Shown: in pieces, positions 11,264 through 24,334 of the stretch
How positions within the stretch are numbered: position 1 is the first letter of the stretch
How the letters are laid out: each line of letters opens with the position of its first letter
DNA from: Heterodontus francisci
Lineage: Eukaryota
Assembly (NCBI RefSeq): GCF_036365525.1
Contig: NW_027141721.1
Span: forward strand, 372,001 to 436,000
Reading direction: 5' to 3'
DNA length: 64,000 nt
Made by a program: the position numbers and the translations under genes
Notes under the pieces: model-generated
Seen by the model: the letters and a program-made list of their open reading frames with translations, nothing else
Told to the model about the DNA's origin: nothing
Databases searched by the model: none

Positions 11264-13580
11264 GATTTCTTCATTCGATACTAACTCGATGTGTGAACGT
11301 GTGGCGTTTTCAGCAACACACTTGCAGGCGGTTTCTATATTATATCCAATTAAATACCCAGCATCCGGTTGTTATTGAGATTGGCAGTCACTTACTGCGA
11401 CACTCTGCTCCACCCCATTACTTTACATAGCAATGTTGTAGAATGATACAACACAGGAGGATAGGGGGAGATTGAATAGAGGTGTTCACATTTCAGAAAG
11501 CGCTTTGATAGAGTAGAATTCAGGGAAACAACCCTCTAATCCCAGAGAGTGTGTACATCCCTTATTGCCCCTGAGAAGGTGGCGGTGAACCATCTTCAGG
11601 AATACCTGCTGGGCCATATCAGGGGGCAATTAATAGTCAACCGCATTGTTGTGGGTCTGCAGTCACATATAGGCCAGACCGGGTTGGAACAGCAGATTTC
11701 CTTCCCTGAATGTCATCAGTGAATACGTTGCGTATTTATGACACTCCATGTTCAGAATTACTCATACTTTCCATGATAATTTTTTGATTTATTTAATGAA
11801 TTAAATTTAAATTCCATTTCTGCCCCTGGTGAGAATTGAACTCATGTCTGGGGATCATTAGTCCATGCCTCTGGATTACTAGTCCAGTAACATAACTGCT
11901 CTGCTACCATACCTCCTTGCTGAATGGGAGTTAAAGGGTTAAATTGTTCACTGGTCTGAATTGCTAGGTTCTTTGAAGAACACATCAAATGTGACTGGAG
12001 TCTGAGATCAAAGTGGGTAAACAGTTTTCAGCAGCTTTTGAACTCGCTGTCAGGAGTCAGGGGTCCCAGAGATGAAGGTATCTGGAGAGGGGTCTCGCCT
12101 TTGAACAGTGTGGAACAGCACTCAGGTGGTTAAGGGTTTTGAACTGAGTTAGTTCCTGGGCATTGGGGGGTTGTTCGGCTCTGTGTAGTGAAGGTTAGAG
12201 GGAGATTAACCAGACTGGTACCAGGGATGAGGGACTTCAGTTACTGTGGAGAGACTGGAGAAGTTGGGGGTTTCTCTCCTCAGAGCAGAGAAGGTTAATG
12301 GTAGATGTGATACAGATATTGAAGATCATAGAGGATTTTGATAGATAAATGATGACAAACCACATCATCTCCTGGTCAATGTATAGAAACTCTATGAAAA
12401 GATGGTCATTTATTACATTACTGCAGCATGTTTAATTAGTTCATACAAACTGTATTCACCTAAAGATAGAGTTAGATAGATAGAGATACAGAGAGAGAGA
12501 TAACCAGTTCGAGAGATAGATAGATAGAGAGACAGAGAGATAGATAACCAGTTAGAGAGATAGATAGAGAGACTGTCAGCTAGACAGGTAGATATAAAGT
12601 GAGGTAGAGAAATAGAGAGATAGAGGCAAAGTCATATAGGTAGAGAAATAGCGAGCTCGATAGACAGACAGTCATTGCCCCTGTAAAAGACAGGGATGCT
12701 AATTGGTATTCTGTCATTTTACACTGGCTTGGTAGCTCGAGTGAGAGAGAGGAATGGAGAGAGAGGGATGGAGAGATATGGAGATGGAGGGATGGAGAAA
12801 GATGGATGGAGGGAGAGGGAAAGAGAGATGGTGGGAGAGAGAGAGGGATGGAGAGAGAGAGAGATGGGGAGAGAGGGATGGAGAGAGTGGGAGAGAGAGG
12901 GATGGAGAGAGAGCGACGGAAAGTTATTGATCAGTCATGATCTCATTGAAGGGCGTAATGTTTTCGTGGTGATGAATGGTCTCCTTTTGTTCCCAGGTCA
13001 CTGTCAAAGTGTGTCCCAGACTCTGATGTTTATCATGGTCCTACAGCGCACTCTGCTGTCCCTTTGGAGAAAGAAAACACAGTGACATAAAACCACACCG
13101 TTTGTATGCCTGTATTGTATGGATCTATCTATCTCGCTATCTATCTCTCTTTATTTATCTACCTATCTAGCTATCTGTCTATCTATCTGTTTGTCTGTCT
13201 GTCTATCTATCTATCTGTTTTTATCTGATCTTCATTTCACATATTAAAATCTTTAATAATCTCTCTAAGACCGCTGAAGGTTTACCCTTCAGTCTTCTCC
13301 TTTCTGGAGTAAAGATCCCCCGATGTTCTATCTATCTTGATAACTTTAACCTCTATGTTCCGATATAATTCCTGTAAAGTCTATTTCATAATTCCCCTGG
13401 GTTTCTATATCTAACCTGTCACTTTCTTTTTAAATCCGCCCTGTCATCTTGCGAAAAACATGTTCCCAATTATAAAAAACACCCAACAGGATGCAGCACC
13501 ACCTGGTTTTATCTGAAACAGGTGTTTCCTGCTGCCTTTGGGGATTTTGTTGAACTGCTCCATCTCTCTGAGTCACTGTG

Positions 13581-14028
13581 AAGACACCAGGCACAGAAAT
13601 ACACGGCCGAGTGATTCTCCCGCAGGCTGGAGGACTCCAGGTTGAACTGGGAGCTAGTCGGTCTCTCAGCGGTGAAACCGTCCACCGTCCCCTCTGGATC
13701 CACATAGTTAGCAGTATTGGAGTAAAACATCAACAGCGGCTCCTTCCCCGGCTCTTGTCTGTACCAGTACATTTCGATGCTACTGCTGCTCCCCTCCACA
13801 GTGCACCTCAGTTCCACTCCTTTCCCAGGAAATCTGGAGACAGCGGCGGGAGTCTGGTGGATAGTCTGTGAGTTCACATCTGGGAGAGAGAAGGAGAGAG
13901 GAGGAGATCAGTAAACAGGGAACTTCTGGGAATGAAAGGAAGACAGGGAGAGGAGAGGAAAGTTATTCACGAGTATTTCATTCTCACTTACAATGAAACA
14001 GGATTATCAGACCTAGTAACTGATACAT
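13581..14028 (-). CDS. TRBV: TCR beta V segment, family A (V4), apparently functional
   Basis: Leader 13992-14028 (MYQLLGLIILFH, GTAAG). V exon 13581-13879. RSS: CACAGTG 13574-13580, 23 bp, ACAAAATCC 13542-13550. Confidence 0.92.
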
Positions 14029-14214
14029 CTTTCAGTACAACTTGTTCTCTTAATAGACACAGGAGTGAGAGCAGGAGCTTAGAGTCTTGTGAGGGTCCAA
14101 ATCCACTCTTTACAAATCATTGGGAGGAACATGAAGAGCAGTAGGAAGTTATACAATGTTGGAGACGCCCATTCCCCCAGTTCAACAAATCACAATCAAA
14201 TTGGTTGCCAATCT

Positions 14215-14250
<36 letters not shown>

Positions 14251-14710
14251 TTACGTTCCGCTCTCTCCCTTTCTCTCCGACTCACTCTCTCTCTCTCTCT
14301 CCCAATCTCTTACTTTTACTATCTCTTTAGTTCTTTCTCTGTCACTGTCTTTCTCTCTATCTCTGTCTCCCTATCTGTCTCAGGCTTTTTTAAAATCTCT
14401 GTCTCTCTTTCCCTCCTTCTCTCTCTCGCTGTCCACTCTCTCTCTCTCTCATTATGTCTCTCTCACTGTCTCGCTGTCTTTGGCTCTATCTGTGTCTCCC
14501 TGACTCGTGACATCCCGATTAATCGTTCTTTGCACCCTCGCCAGTATCTGTAAATTCAATTTGTCACTACAATCATAACTCAATTCTTTTTATTATAATA
14601 AACACTATCACTCTGCACAAGTGAGGCACAGAACAATTTTATCCTCCACAGGTGTTTCCTGCTGCCTTTGGTGTTTTTGTTGAACTGCTTCATCTCTCTG
14701 AGTCACTGTG

Positions 14711-15193
14711 AATACTCCAGGCACAGAAATACACGGCCGAGTGATTCTCCCGCAGGCTGGAGGACTCCAGGTAGAACTCGGAGCCAGTTGGTCTTTCGGC
14801 GGTGAAACCCTCCACCGTCCCCTCTGAGTTCACGTTTTGTACAGTTAGTGAGTAAAACATCAGCTGCGGCTTCTTCCCTGGGTATTGTCTGTACCAGTAC
14901 ATGTAAGGGTTACTGGTGCCATCCACGGTGCATTTCAGCTTCACCTGCTCCCCAGAAAATTTGGAGACAGCGGCGGGAGTCTGGCGGATAGTCTGTGAGT
15001 TCACATCTGGGAAAGAGACAGGGAGAGGAGGAGATCAGTAAACAGGGAACTTCAGTCCAGTGGGGAGAGAGAAAGGGAGAAAGAAAGAGAGATGTAAATA
15101 AAAACATAACATAAAGAAATGTTAAATAGAATTATTGTTTCAATAAAATCCCTTACAGTGAAACAGGGTGAGCAGAGTCAGTAATAGATACAT
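14711..15193 (-). CDS. TRBV: TCR beta V segment, family A (V5), apparently functional
   Basis: Leader 15157-15193 (MYLLLTLLTLFH, GTAAG). V exon 14711-15006 reads CTVDGTSNPYMYWYRQ..YFCAWS. RSS: CACAGTG 14704-14710, 23 bp, ACAAAAACA 14672-14680. Confidence 0.93.
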
Positions 15194-17224
15194 CTTTTAC
15201 TTTAAGCTGCCCTCTGAATCAGCAAAGGGGAGAGAGCAGGAGTGATGAGTGTTGTCAATAACCAACCGACTCTTTACAAATCATTGGGAGGAACAGGCAG
15301 AGAATTAGGAAGTGATGCAGAGATGGTGACGTTCATTTTCCACATCAACAAATCAGACTCGAGTTGGTTGTCAATGTCCCACTTTCTCTCTCTTTCTCTC
15401 TGTCTCTCCCTGTCACTTACTCGCACCGTTTCTTTCTTTCTCTCTGCCTGTCACTCATTCTCTGCCTCCCTGTATGTCTCAGTCTCTTTATCCTAGTCTC
15501 CCTCTCACAGATGCACGCATTAGGTCTCTTTCTCTCTCGCTGTGCGTCTCTCTCTCTCTCTCTCTCTCTCTGTCACTCCATCTCTCTCTCTCTCTCTGTC
15601 TCTGACTCCACTCACTGTCCCCGCTCACTAACCCAACTCACTGACTCCACTCACTGTCCACACTCACTGACCCCACTCACTGACACCACTCATATAGACA
15701 TATATAGACATATAAGAGATATGTATGGATAGAGAGATCAATAGATAGAGACATCAATAGATAGAGAGGGAGATACAGGGAGAGAGATCGAGATGAAGAG
15801 ATAGATGGATATAAAGAAATAGATGAATAGGGAGATCAATAGATAGATAGAGTGATGGGTATATAGTTAGTTAAAGAAAGTTATGAACAAATAGATAGAT
15901 GAAGTGTTGGAATAAATGGATAGGGAGATAGTTGGATATAAAGAAAGGAAGTGATGGATGGAGAGAGCAATAGATAGAGAAATAGATAGACAGATTGATT
16001 GAGAGACATACAGATAGATCGATAGAACGATGGCTCGGCAGATAGATAAATAAATAGATAGAGTGAAAGAAATGAATTGGGAGTTCCATAGATGGTTATC
16101 GAGAAATAGATGGACAGATTGATAGAGAGATAGACAGATAGATCGATAGAGCGATGGCTAGGCAGATAGATAAATAAATAGATAGAGAGAGTGAAAGAAA
16201 TGAATTGGGAGTTCTATAGATGGTTATAGAGAATAGATGGACAGAGGTAACAACAGATAGATTTGTAGATAAATACTGATGGATAAAGATTCTATATAGA
16301 GAGTGAAATAGGTAGACAGACAGATAATTAGATAGGCATAGACAGACAGATAGGGAGGTAGATAGACTGATAGACAGATAGATAGACAGACAGACAGATA
16401 GATACAGAGAAACAGAGGTAGAAACAGGGAGAAACAGAGGTAGAAACAGGGAGATACAGAGAGAGAGAGAAAGAGAGATGGTGCAATAGACATTCTGATA
16501 ATGAATAGAGGTGTAATGAAAAACAATACCATCATGTGGGGTAAATGCTGCTCTGGCACATGCATTTATAGTTTAACTGCTTGTCTTAAAGATAAAATGT
16601 TGTTCTTCTGAAGGAATCACTACCCCACCATTCGTGCAAAATTATATTGACCTTACAAACGCTAATCTGCACACAGGAAACAGATTTCCACGCCCCTTTG
16701 TGTGAAGAAATGCTTCCTGACATCACTCCTGAATAGCCTGGCTCGATGTTTGGGTTTAGACCACCTTGTTCTGCCCCCGTGCCCCGCCCCCAACAACAGG
16801 ATATAGTTTATCTCTATCTAGCCTATCAACACATTCAATCATTTTAAACACCTCAGTCAGATCACCGTTTAATCTTCTATACCTGAGGGAATAAAGAGTC
16901 AGCAATGTAAACATGTTGGGTGTTGCATTTCCTTCACACTTGATTGACTGATCAAATATATTTTCAGATTCTCCGACCACAGGGAATCTATCATAGAATC
17001 AGAGACTGGTTACAGTACAGAAGGAGGCCATTTTGCCCATCGAGTCAATTCCAGCTCTCTGCAAGATCAACCCAGCTAATGCAACTCCTCCTATCTCCCC
17101 TGTTAATTCAATTCGTCGCCCTAACTACCTGCAAATTCCTCTGTACTGCTTTCTTTCCATGTTTTTTTGTGGAAAGACTTTGTCAGAACAACACAGCAGC
17201 AGAATCGAATTATACAGAGAGACA

Positions 17225-17360
17225 CAGAGACAGGAAACACGCAGTCAGGATGTGCGGTTATCAGAGTGCAGCTGCAAACGTTTAAACGGCTTAAGTAAGA
17301 AAAACAGGCTGGTGTGTGGGTTTAACAGTGAGTGAATCGCACGTAGAAACCCGCCCACTT
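17225..17360. promoter_or_regulatory. Candidate TCR-beta 3' enhancer (ETS-RUNX-GATA cluster)
   Basis: CAGGAAAC at 17231; CAGGATG-TGCGGTT-ATC composite at 17246-17262; TGTGGGTT at about 17315; GC box at about 17350. About 3.7 kb 3' of the last C exon. Confidence 0.4.
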
Positions 17361-17529
17361 TTGTATTTTCCACTCCTAGGGCTGAGGCTCCAAAGAACGT
17401 TGAAGTGGAAGGTAGCAAAGTGTTACGTTACTGGGCTAGTAATCTAAAGGCCTGGGCTAATAACTTGGTGACGTGAATTCGAATCCCAGCAAGCTGGATA
17501 ATGTACGTTCACTGAGTTAGATAAACAGT

Positions 17530-17920
17530 CACTCCCTCCACCACCGACACACAGTGGCAGCAGTGTGTACCATCTACAAGATGCACTGTAGCAATGCACA
17601 AAGGCTCCTTTGACAGCACCTTCCAAACTCGCGACCTCTACCAACTAGAATGACAAGGGCAGCAGATGCATCGGAACACCACCACCTGCAAGCTCCCCTC
17701 CAAGTCACACACCATGCTGACTTGGAACTATATCGCCGTTCCTTCACTGTCGCTGGGTCAAAATCCTGGAACTCCCTTCCTAACAGCACTTTGGATGTAA
17801 CGACCCCACATGGACTGCAGTGGTTCAAGAAGGCAGCTCACCACCACCTTCTCAAGGGCAATTAGAGATGGGCAATAAATGCTGGCCTGGCCAGCGACGC
17901 CCACATCCTATGAACGAATT
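17530..17920 (+). mobile_element. LINE 3' end fragment
   Basis: ORF 17650-17865 has SFTVAGSKSWNSLP...FKKAAHHHLL (LINE ORF2 C-terminus), followed by the tail GGGCAATTAGAGATGGGCAATAAATGCTGGCC. Similar tails occur near 9660 and 60790. Confidence 0.75.
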
Positions 17921-19384
17921 TAAAAAATGATAAAAGCTGGTCTCAGTCATGGTGAGCATAAAACTACTGGATTGCCTGAAAAACCCATCTCTCACTGAGA
18001 GAAGGAAATCTGTCATCTTTAACCGGCCTGGCCTAAAAGGTGACTCCATTCCTGCAACAATGTGGCTGACTCTGAAATGACTGGGCAAGCCAGTCGGTCA
18101 TACAAAAAGCTGTGCTGGGCACCCACCCAGCATCCCTTATTAACATTCCCTATTGACCCTCCATCCTAAACTCCTCCAAAATACTGATGTGCCCGCCGTG
18201 TTATTTCCTCCCATCCTCAGGGGCCCCTTTCGACTCTGTTCCTGCTGTGTGTTTGTCATGTTGTTTTCAGCTCAGTATCTGTTCTGCATTTTCTCCTGCG
18301 AGCTGGCGAACTGCAATGCCTGGTGAAATGTTGTGTAAAGGTGCGAAAAGCAGAGTGAAAACCACAGCGTATCATTTCCACAGATCTTTTTATTAGCCTG
18401 CTTGATGTCACAAGAGAGAGAAGGGTGCTTCATGAAGAAGCTCAACTTAAAGAAATGAAGCTCAGTGTGCAAACGGTTCAAAGATGGACAGGAGACATCT
18501 CAACTAGTTAAAGTAGATTAACAAGCTCAGCTAACCAGCTGACAAGTGGTTAAATGAATTGAATAGCAATTGAGACATAAATTTTAATTATGTTGTAATC
18601 CAATTCCTCTGAAAGACCTAATGGGTTTTGCCAGATGCCGAACTGTTACTAACCAATAGAAAATGACAACATATCAATGATAGGGATATGACCCAATAGC
18701 CTCCTCCTCCTTTCCCATATTTCTGAAGAATATGTTGTGACGAGTGCCCTGTTGCAGAGTATTTGGCCCCGCTTAGTTAATCGAAACTTTTCATCAACTT
18801 TCCTGAAATCTGGAAGGCGATAAAAAGGAAGGAAAAAGATTGAGTCAGTCATGGAATATTTCTTCTACAATGCCCTGGGAAGGATCTCGAGTCAGTGGAA
18901 ACACATTTCATGGCATTTAACAAGAACCAGAGGGAAGGGTGAGTTCTTTTTGAAACTCAGAGCTTTGTTGTCATCTGGAAAGCAGTGCCTGAAAAAGCGG
19001 ACAATTGGATTAAGACTTGAAAGGGTAAATTTTGCAAGGTGATGAGGAAAGGGTAGGGGAGTAGGGCTCTCTCTCTCTCTCCCATACATGCTTCTCTCTC
19101 TCTCTCTTTCTCTCTCTGTCTCTCTTTTTGTCTATGTGTTTCTCTCTCTGCCTGTGTCTCTGTCTCACTCTGTCTCTCCCTTGCACTCTCCTCTCTCTCT
19201 CTCGCCTTCTGTCCCTCCCACTCTCACTGTCTCTCCCGTATGTTCTCTCTGTCTATTTCTCTCTCTTAGGTTCTCCCTCTGTCTCTTCCTGTCTCCCTCT
19301 CTCTGTGTCTCTGTGTCTGTCTATCTCTCCCTTAAACGCTCCTCTCTCTCTCTCTCTTCCTCTCTCTATCTGCCTCAATCTTCA

Positions 19385-20072
19385 AAGAACAAGGAACAAA
19401 GAACAGTACAGCACAGGAACAGGCCATTCGGCCCTCTAAGCTTGCGTCGATCTTGATGCCTGCCTAAATGAAAACGTTCTGCACTTCCGGGGACCGTATC
19501 CCTCTATTCCCTTCCTATTCATATATTTGTCAAGATGCCTCTTAAACGTCGCTATCGTACCTGCTTCCACGACCTCCCCTGGCATCAAGTTCCAGGCACT
19601 CACCACCCTCTGCGTAAAGAGCTTGCCTCGCACATCCCCTCTAAACTTTGGCCTTCTCACCTTAAACCTATGTCCCCCTAGTAACTGACTCTTCCACCCT
19701 GGGAAAAAGCTTCTGACGATCCACTCTGTCCATGCCACTTATAACTTTGTAAACCTCTATCATGTCGCCCCTCCACCTCCGTCGTTCCAGTGAAAACAAT
19801 CCGAGTTTATCCAACCTCTCCTCATAGCTAATGCCCTCCAGATCAGGCAACATCCTAGTAAACCTCCTCTGTACCCTCTCCAAAGCCTCCCCGTCCTTCT
19901 GGTAGTGTGGCGACCAGAATTGCAAGCAATAATCTAAGTGTGGCCTAACTAAGGTTCTGTACAGCAGCAGCAGCATGACTTGCCAATTTTTATGCTCTAT
20001 GCCCCGACCGATGAAGGCAAGCATGTCGTGTGCCTTCTTGACTATCTTTTCCACCTGCGTTGCCACTTTCAG
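19385..20072 (-). mobile_element. CR1-clade LINE 3' fragment
   Basis: ORFs 19668-20090 and 19436-19738 carry [31 protein letters not shown] and FTQRVVSAWN. Confidence 0.9.
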
Positions 20073-20297
20073 TGACACTTCCTTTCTCACTCTGTCTCTC
20101 TTTCATTACCCCAAACTCTTTCTCTCTTTATATATGTAATACAGACACACTCTCTCACTCTCTGTTTATCCCTCGGATGTCAATTTCACTTTGTTTCTGT
20201 CGATATGCCCTTCTCTCTCATTTTATCTCCCCTGACTCTCTCTCTCTATATCTGTCACTCTCTATATTTATCTATTTCTCTCTCTCTCTATCTCTCA

Positions 20298-20328
<31 letters not shown>

Positions 20329-20699
20329 AATTTATCTCTAGCTATCCCTTTCTCTCACTCTCTCCAACTCTCTCAGCATTTCCCTCACTGGTTCTGTCAC
20401 TCTATCTCTTTGTCTCTCTTTCTGTCTCTCTCTCTCTGTTTTTTTCTTTCTCGTTCTCTGTCCCTCCCCACCCCCCCCCCCCCCACCTTCACATTCTCTC
20501 TATTACTCTCTAGTTACGTCTCTCTCTTTCTCCTTCTCTATCGCTCACTCTGTCCTCATGTGAGAGGGTGGGGGAGATTCAGGACCCCTTGGTGCAGGAT
20601 CTAGATGGATTTCAGTCGACACAGTGGTGCTAATAGACAGTCTGGTTTCACTGTCGAATCACATGCACAATGACATGGACTGGGTTCAGTGATTCACCC

Positions 20700-20962
20700 T
20701 ATTTATTTATTTTTTTATTTATTTAGAGATACAGCACCAAAACAGTCCCTTCGGCCCACCGAGTCTGTGCCGACCAACAACCACCCACTTATAATAACCC
20801 TCCAGTAATCCCATATTCCCGATCACCTCCCTACATGAGGAGCAATTTACAACGGCCATTTTACCTATCACCTGCAAGTCTTTGGATGTGGGAGGAAACC
20901 GGAGCACCCGGCGAAAACCCACGCAGACACAGGGCGAACTTACAAACTCCGCACAGGCAGTG
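20700..20962 (-). mobile_element. SINE (HE1-like), 5'-truncated, just 3' of the C stop codon
   Basis: Reverse complement of the SINE at 1004 (GGGAGGAAACCGGAGCACCCG, CCCTTCGGCCCACCGAGTCTGTGCCGACCA) with an A-rich tail. Confidence 0.85.
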
Positions 20963-20975
20963 CGGGGAATGTGCA

Positions 20976-20993
20976 TCACTGATGCCTGAAAAC
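20976..20993 (-). pseudogene. TRBC: TRBC-like exon 4 (cytoplasmic tail VFRHQ*)
   Basis: Acceptor CCTCTCCAG, then GTT TTC AGG CAT CAG TGA. Phase 0, matching the end of the TM exon. Confidence 0.7.
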
Positions 20994-21072
20994 CTGGAGA
21001 GGATTGAAGTTTACAGAATAGAGAAGGGGGTCCGTTTTACACGTCAGCAAAATGTCCTAGTAATTCTCATAC

Positions 21073-21182
21073 CTTCCCCTTGAGCAGCACGATGGTGATC
21101 TTTGCCATATACAGGAAGCTCTTGGAGATGAGTAAAGTGTAAGTAGCTCTTGCCACAATCTGTTGCCTCTGTATCCGCTCCA
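21073..21182 (-). pseudogene. TRBC: TRBC-like exon 3 (connecting peptide/TM), open frame
   Basis: TTTCAG acceptor; (V)ERIQRQQIVARATYTLLISKSFLYMAKITIVLLKGK; GTATGA donor. Contains the TCR-beta TM motif Y.LL..K..LY with the CD3-pairing lysine. Confidence 0.88.
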
Positions 21183-21347
21183 CTGAAAGACAGACAAGAA
21201 AGACCATAGTCACTGGCCCTAAAATCCAACTTAATCATTATGTACATTCCATAAGTGTGTGTGTATGTGCATGAGAGAGCGAGAGTGTGAGAGAGAGAGA
21301 GACAAAGACAGATCATAGCAAACTGATAAAATATTGAACGTTCTCAC

Positions 21348-21365
21348 CATTCCCTTCACAGAGGC
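21348..21365 (-). pseudogene. TRBC: TRBC-like exon 2 (18-nt hinge with interchain Cys, GLCEGN)
   Basis: TTTCTTGCAG acceptor, 18 nt, GTGAG donor. Same size and phase as the TRBC hinge exon. Confidence 0.82.
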
Positions 21366-23333
21366 CTGCAAGAAATCAAAAAGAGGAAAAAACTTCAATT
21401 ATTTGTGCATAAATCACAGTTTTCATATCACAGCAAGAACATAAATCGGGGGAAAATTCTCTGCACAGAGATTGGNNNNNNNNNNNNNNNNNNNNNNNNN
21501 NNNNNNNNNNNNNNNNNNNNNNNNNNNNNNNNNNNNNNNNNNNNNNNNNNNNNNNNNNNNNNNNNNNNNNNNNNNNNNNNNNNNNNNNNNNNNNNNNNNN
21601 NNNNNNNNNNNNNNNNNNNNNNNNNNNNNNNNNNNNNNNNNNNNNNNNNNNNNNNNNNNNNNNNNNNNNNNNNNNNTCTGTATTTGTTTCCATGTCTCTC
21701 TGCGTGTCACACTCTATCTCCGTCACTCTCTCTGACTCTATTTCTCTTCCTTTCTCTCTCTCTCTGTCTCTCTCTCTCTCTGTCTGTGTGTGTCTCTTTC
21801 TCTGTCTCTGTCTTGCTCTCTTTCTCTCTGTCAGTGTCTCTCTTTCTCTCTGTCTCCGTCTCTGTCTCTCTCTATTTTTCTCCTTTTCTCTCTGTCTCTG
21901 TCTTTCTGTCTGTCTGTCTCTCTCTCTCACTCTCTCGCTATTTCTGTCCTTTTCTCTCTGTCTCTGTTTCTCTATCTCTCTGTGGATCTCTCTGTCTCTC
22001 TCTCTCTCTCTCTCACTGTCTCTGTCTTTCCCACTGTCTCCCTGCCTTTCTCTCTCTATGTCTCTCTCTTTCCTTTCCTCTCTCTCTCTCTCTCTCTTTC
22101 TGTGTCTCTCTCTCAGTCTCTCTCTCTTTGACCATGTGTCTCTCTCTGTACGTGTCTCTCTCTCTGTCTCTGTCTCTCTCTTTCGCTCCATTTCTCTCTG
22201 TCTTTGTCTCTGTCCCTGTTTCTGTCTCTCTGTTTCTGTCTTTCTCTGCCTCTCTCTCTCACTCACTGTCTCTGTCTTTCCCGTTGTCTCTCTGCCTCTC
22301 TTTCTCTTCCTGTCTCTGTCTCTCTCTCTGGCTCTGGCTCTCCTTCTCTCCTTGTCTCTCTGTCTCTCNNNNNNNNNNNNNNNNNNNNNNNNNNNNNNNN
22401 NNNNNNNNNNNNNNNNNNNNNNNNNNNNNNNNNNNNNNNNNNNNNNNNNNNNNNNNNNNNNNNNNNNNNNNNNNNNNNNNNNNNNNNNNNNNNNNNNNNN
22501 NNNNNNNNNNNNNNNNNNNNNNNNNNNNNNNNNNNNNNNNNNNNNNNNNNNNNCTGTTTCTGTTTCTCTGTCCCTGTCACTCTCTGTCTGTCTCTCTCAA
22601 TCTCTGTCTTCTCCCAGTCTCCCTCTCTCTCTCTCTTTGTGTCTCTCTGCCTCCCTCTGTCTCTGTCTTTCTCTCTTTCTCTCTGTATGTGTATCTCTCA
22701 CTGTCTCTGTCTGTCTTTCTCTGTCTGTCTGACTCTATCTCTCTCGTTCTCCTTTTCTCTCTGTTTTTGTTTCCATGTCTCTCTGTGTGTCACGCTCTAT
22801 CTCCGTCGCTCTCTCTGNNNNNNNNNNNNNNNNNNNNNNNNNNNNNNNNNNNNNNNNNNNNNNNNNNNNNNNNNNNNNNNNNNNNNNNNNNNNNNNNNNN
22901 NNNNNNNNNNNNNNNNNNNNNNNNNNNNNNNNNNNNNNNNNNNNNNNNNNNNNNNNNNNNNNNNNNNNNNNNNNNNNNNNNNNNNNNNNNNNNNNNNNNN
23001 NNNNNNNNNNNNNNNNNNNNNNNNNNNNNNNNNNNNNNNNNNNNNNNNNNNNNNNNGTCTCTCTCGTTCTCTTTNNNNNNNNNNNNNNNNNNNNNNNNNN
23101 NNNNNNNNNNNNNNNNNNNNNNNNNNNNNNNNNNNNNNNNNNNNNNNNNNNNNNNNNNNNNNNNNNNNNNNNNNNNNNNNNNNNNNNNNNNNNNNNNNNN
23201 NNNNNNNCCCTGTCTGTTTGTCTCTGTGTCACTCTCTGTCTCTATCTCCCTGTCTGTCTCTCTCCCTTTCTCTTTCTGTGTGTCTCTTTCTCTATTTCTC
23301 TCTCTCTCCTTCTCTCTCTCTCTCTTTCTCGGT

Positions 23334-23365
<32 letters not shown>

Positions 23366-23754
23366 ATCTTTTTCCCTCACTCTCTGTCTCTGAGTGGTGA
23401 ACCATTTGGGTGAACATCAGGTTATTGATGGTTACTGAGCCGAGGCGTCAAATAGAGTAATTGTCGCGATTAATCTTTATGCAACAGAATGGTGGAACAA
23501 GCTTCAACGGCTGAATCGCCTCGGCCTCTTCCAGTGTTCTTAAGTCTCACCTATGATGTAGACTTTCCCAAGCTATCCACCTAACTGAATTCCTTCATCC
23601 CTGGAACCTTTGTCGTGAATATTTTGTGCACCCTCTCGAACACCTTCACATCCTCCCTCTAGGCTGTAACATTGTATTGATAAAGGTTCAGTATAGCTTC
23701 CTTGCTTTGGGCTCGGGAGAAGCAGAGGTGATTCCAGGCATTGCAAACACTCAC

Positions 23755-24091
23755 CTGCCTTGCTGCTGATCTTGGCATCTTGAGAAATCTCCGCGCCGTC
23801 TTTACTGTAATGGGTCACTTTGCAGGAATACTGCTTGCGGGCCCATTCGGCCATGGGAACCTACAACCTACTGGTCCACGCTGTAGCGGCCAGCATCATC
23901 CTTTACCCACCTGTCAGTCAGCACATCCTTCGTCTCGATCTCCTCGTTGCCCCCCTGTCCAGGAGAACTTCACGTAGTCCGGGAAGAAGCCACTGGCCAG
24001 GCAGACAAAGGTGGCTTTCTTAGGGCCCTGATTTCTTCGTCCGATGGCTCAAAAACGGTCATGGTGGGATGCTTAACCTCTTGGTCTGCCT
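23755..24091 (-). pseudogene. TRBC: TRBC-like exon 1 (C1 Ig domain) with three frameshifts and one stop
   Basis: Reconstructed as EADQEVKHPTMTVFEPSDEEIRAL/KATFVCLASGFFPDYVKFSWT/GNEEIETKDVLTDRWVKDDAGRYSV/TSRL*VPMAEWARKQYSCKVTHYSKDGAEISQDAKISSKA, then a GTGAG donor. Matches the C-beta hallmarks VFEPS.EI, KATLVCLA.GF.PD and SRL.V. Confidence 0.9.
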
Positions 24092-24334
24092 CTCTGGGAG
24101 AGCGAAACATGAGTGTTAGGAACGATGGGGATGGAAGGGGGGTTGGCGAGTGGGGGTGGGGGGGGGGAGTGTGCTTACCCCAGCGTTCATTCTCCTTCAC
24201 CACAACATCAACAGTTTGTTGTAGACTCTATAAAAGAAAGGAGGGAGGGAAAAAACAGAGATATACAGACCAGTTAGCCTGACATCAGTAGTGGGTAAAA
24301 TGATAGAGACTATTAGAAAGGATGTGATAACGGA

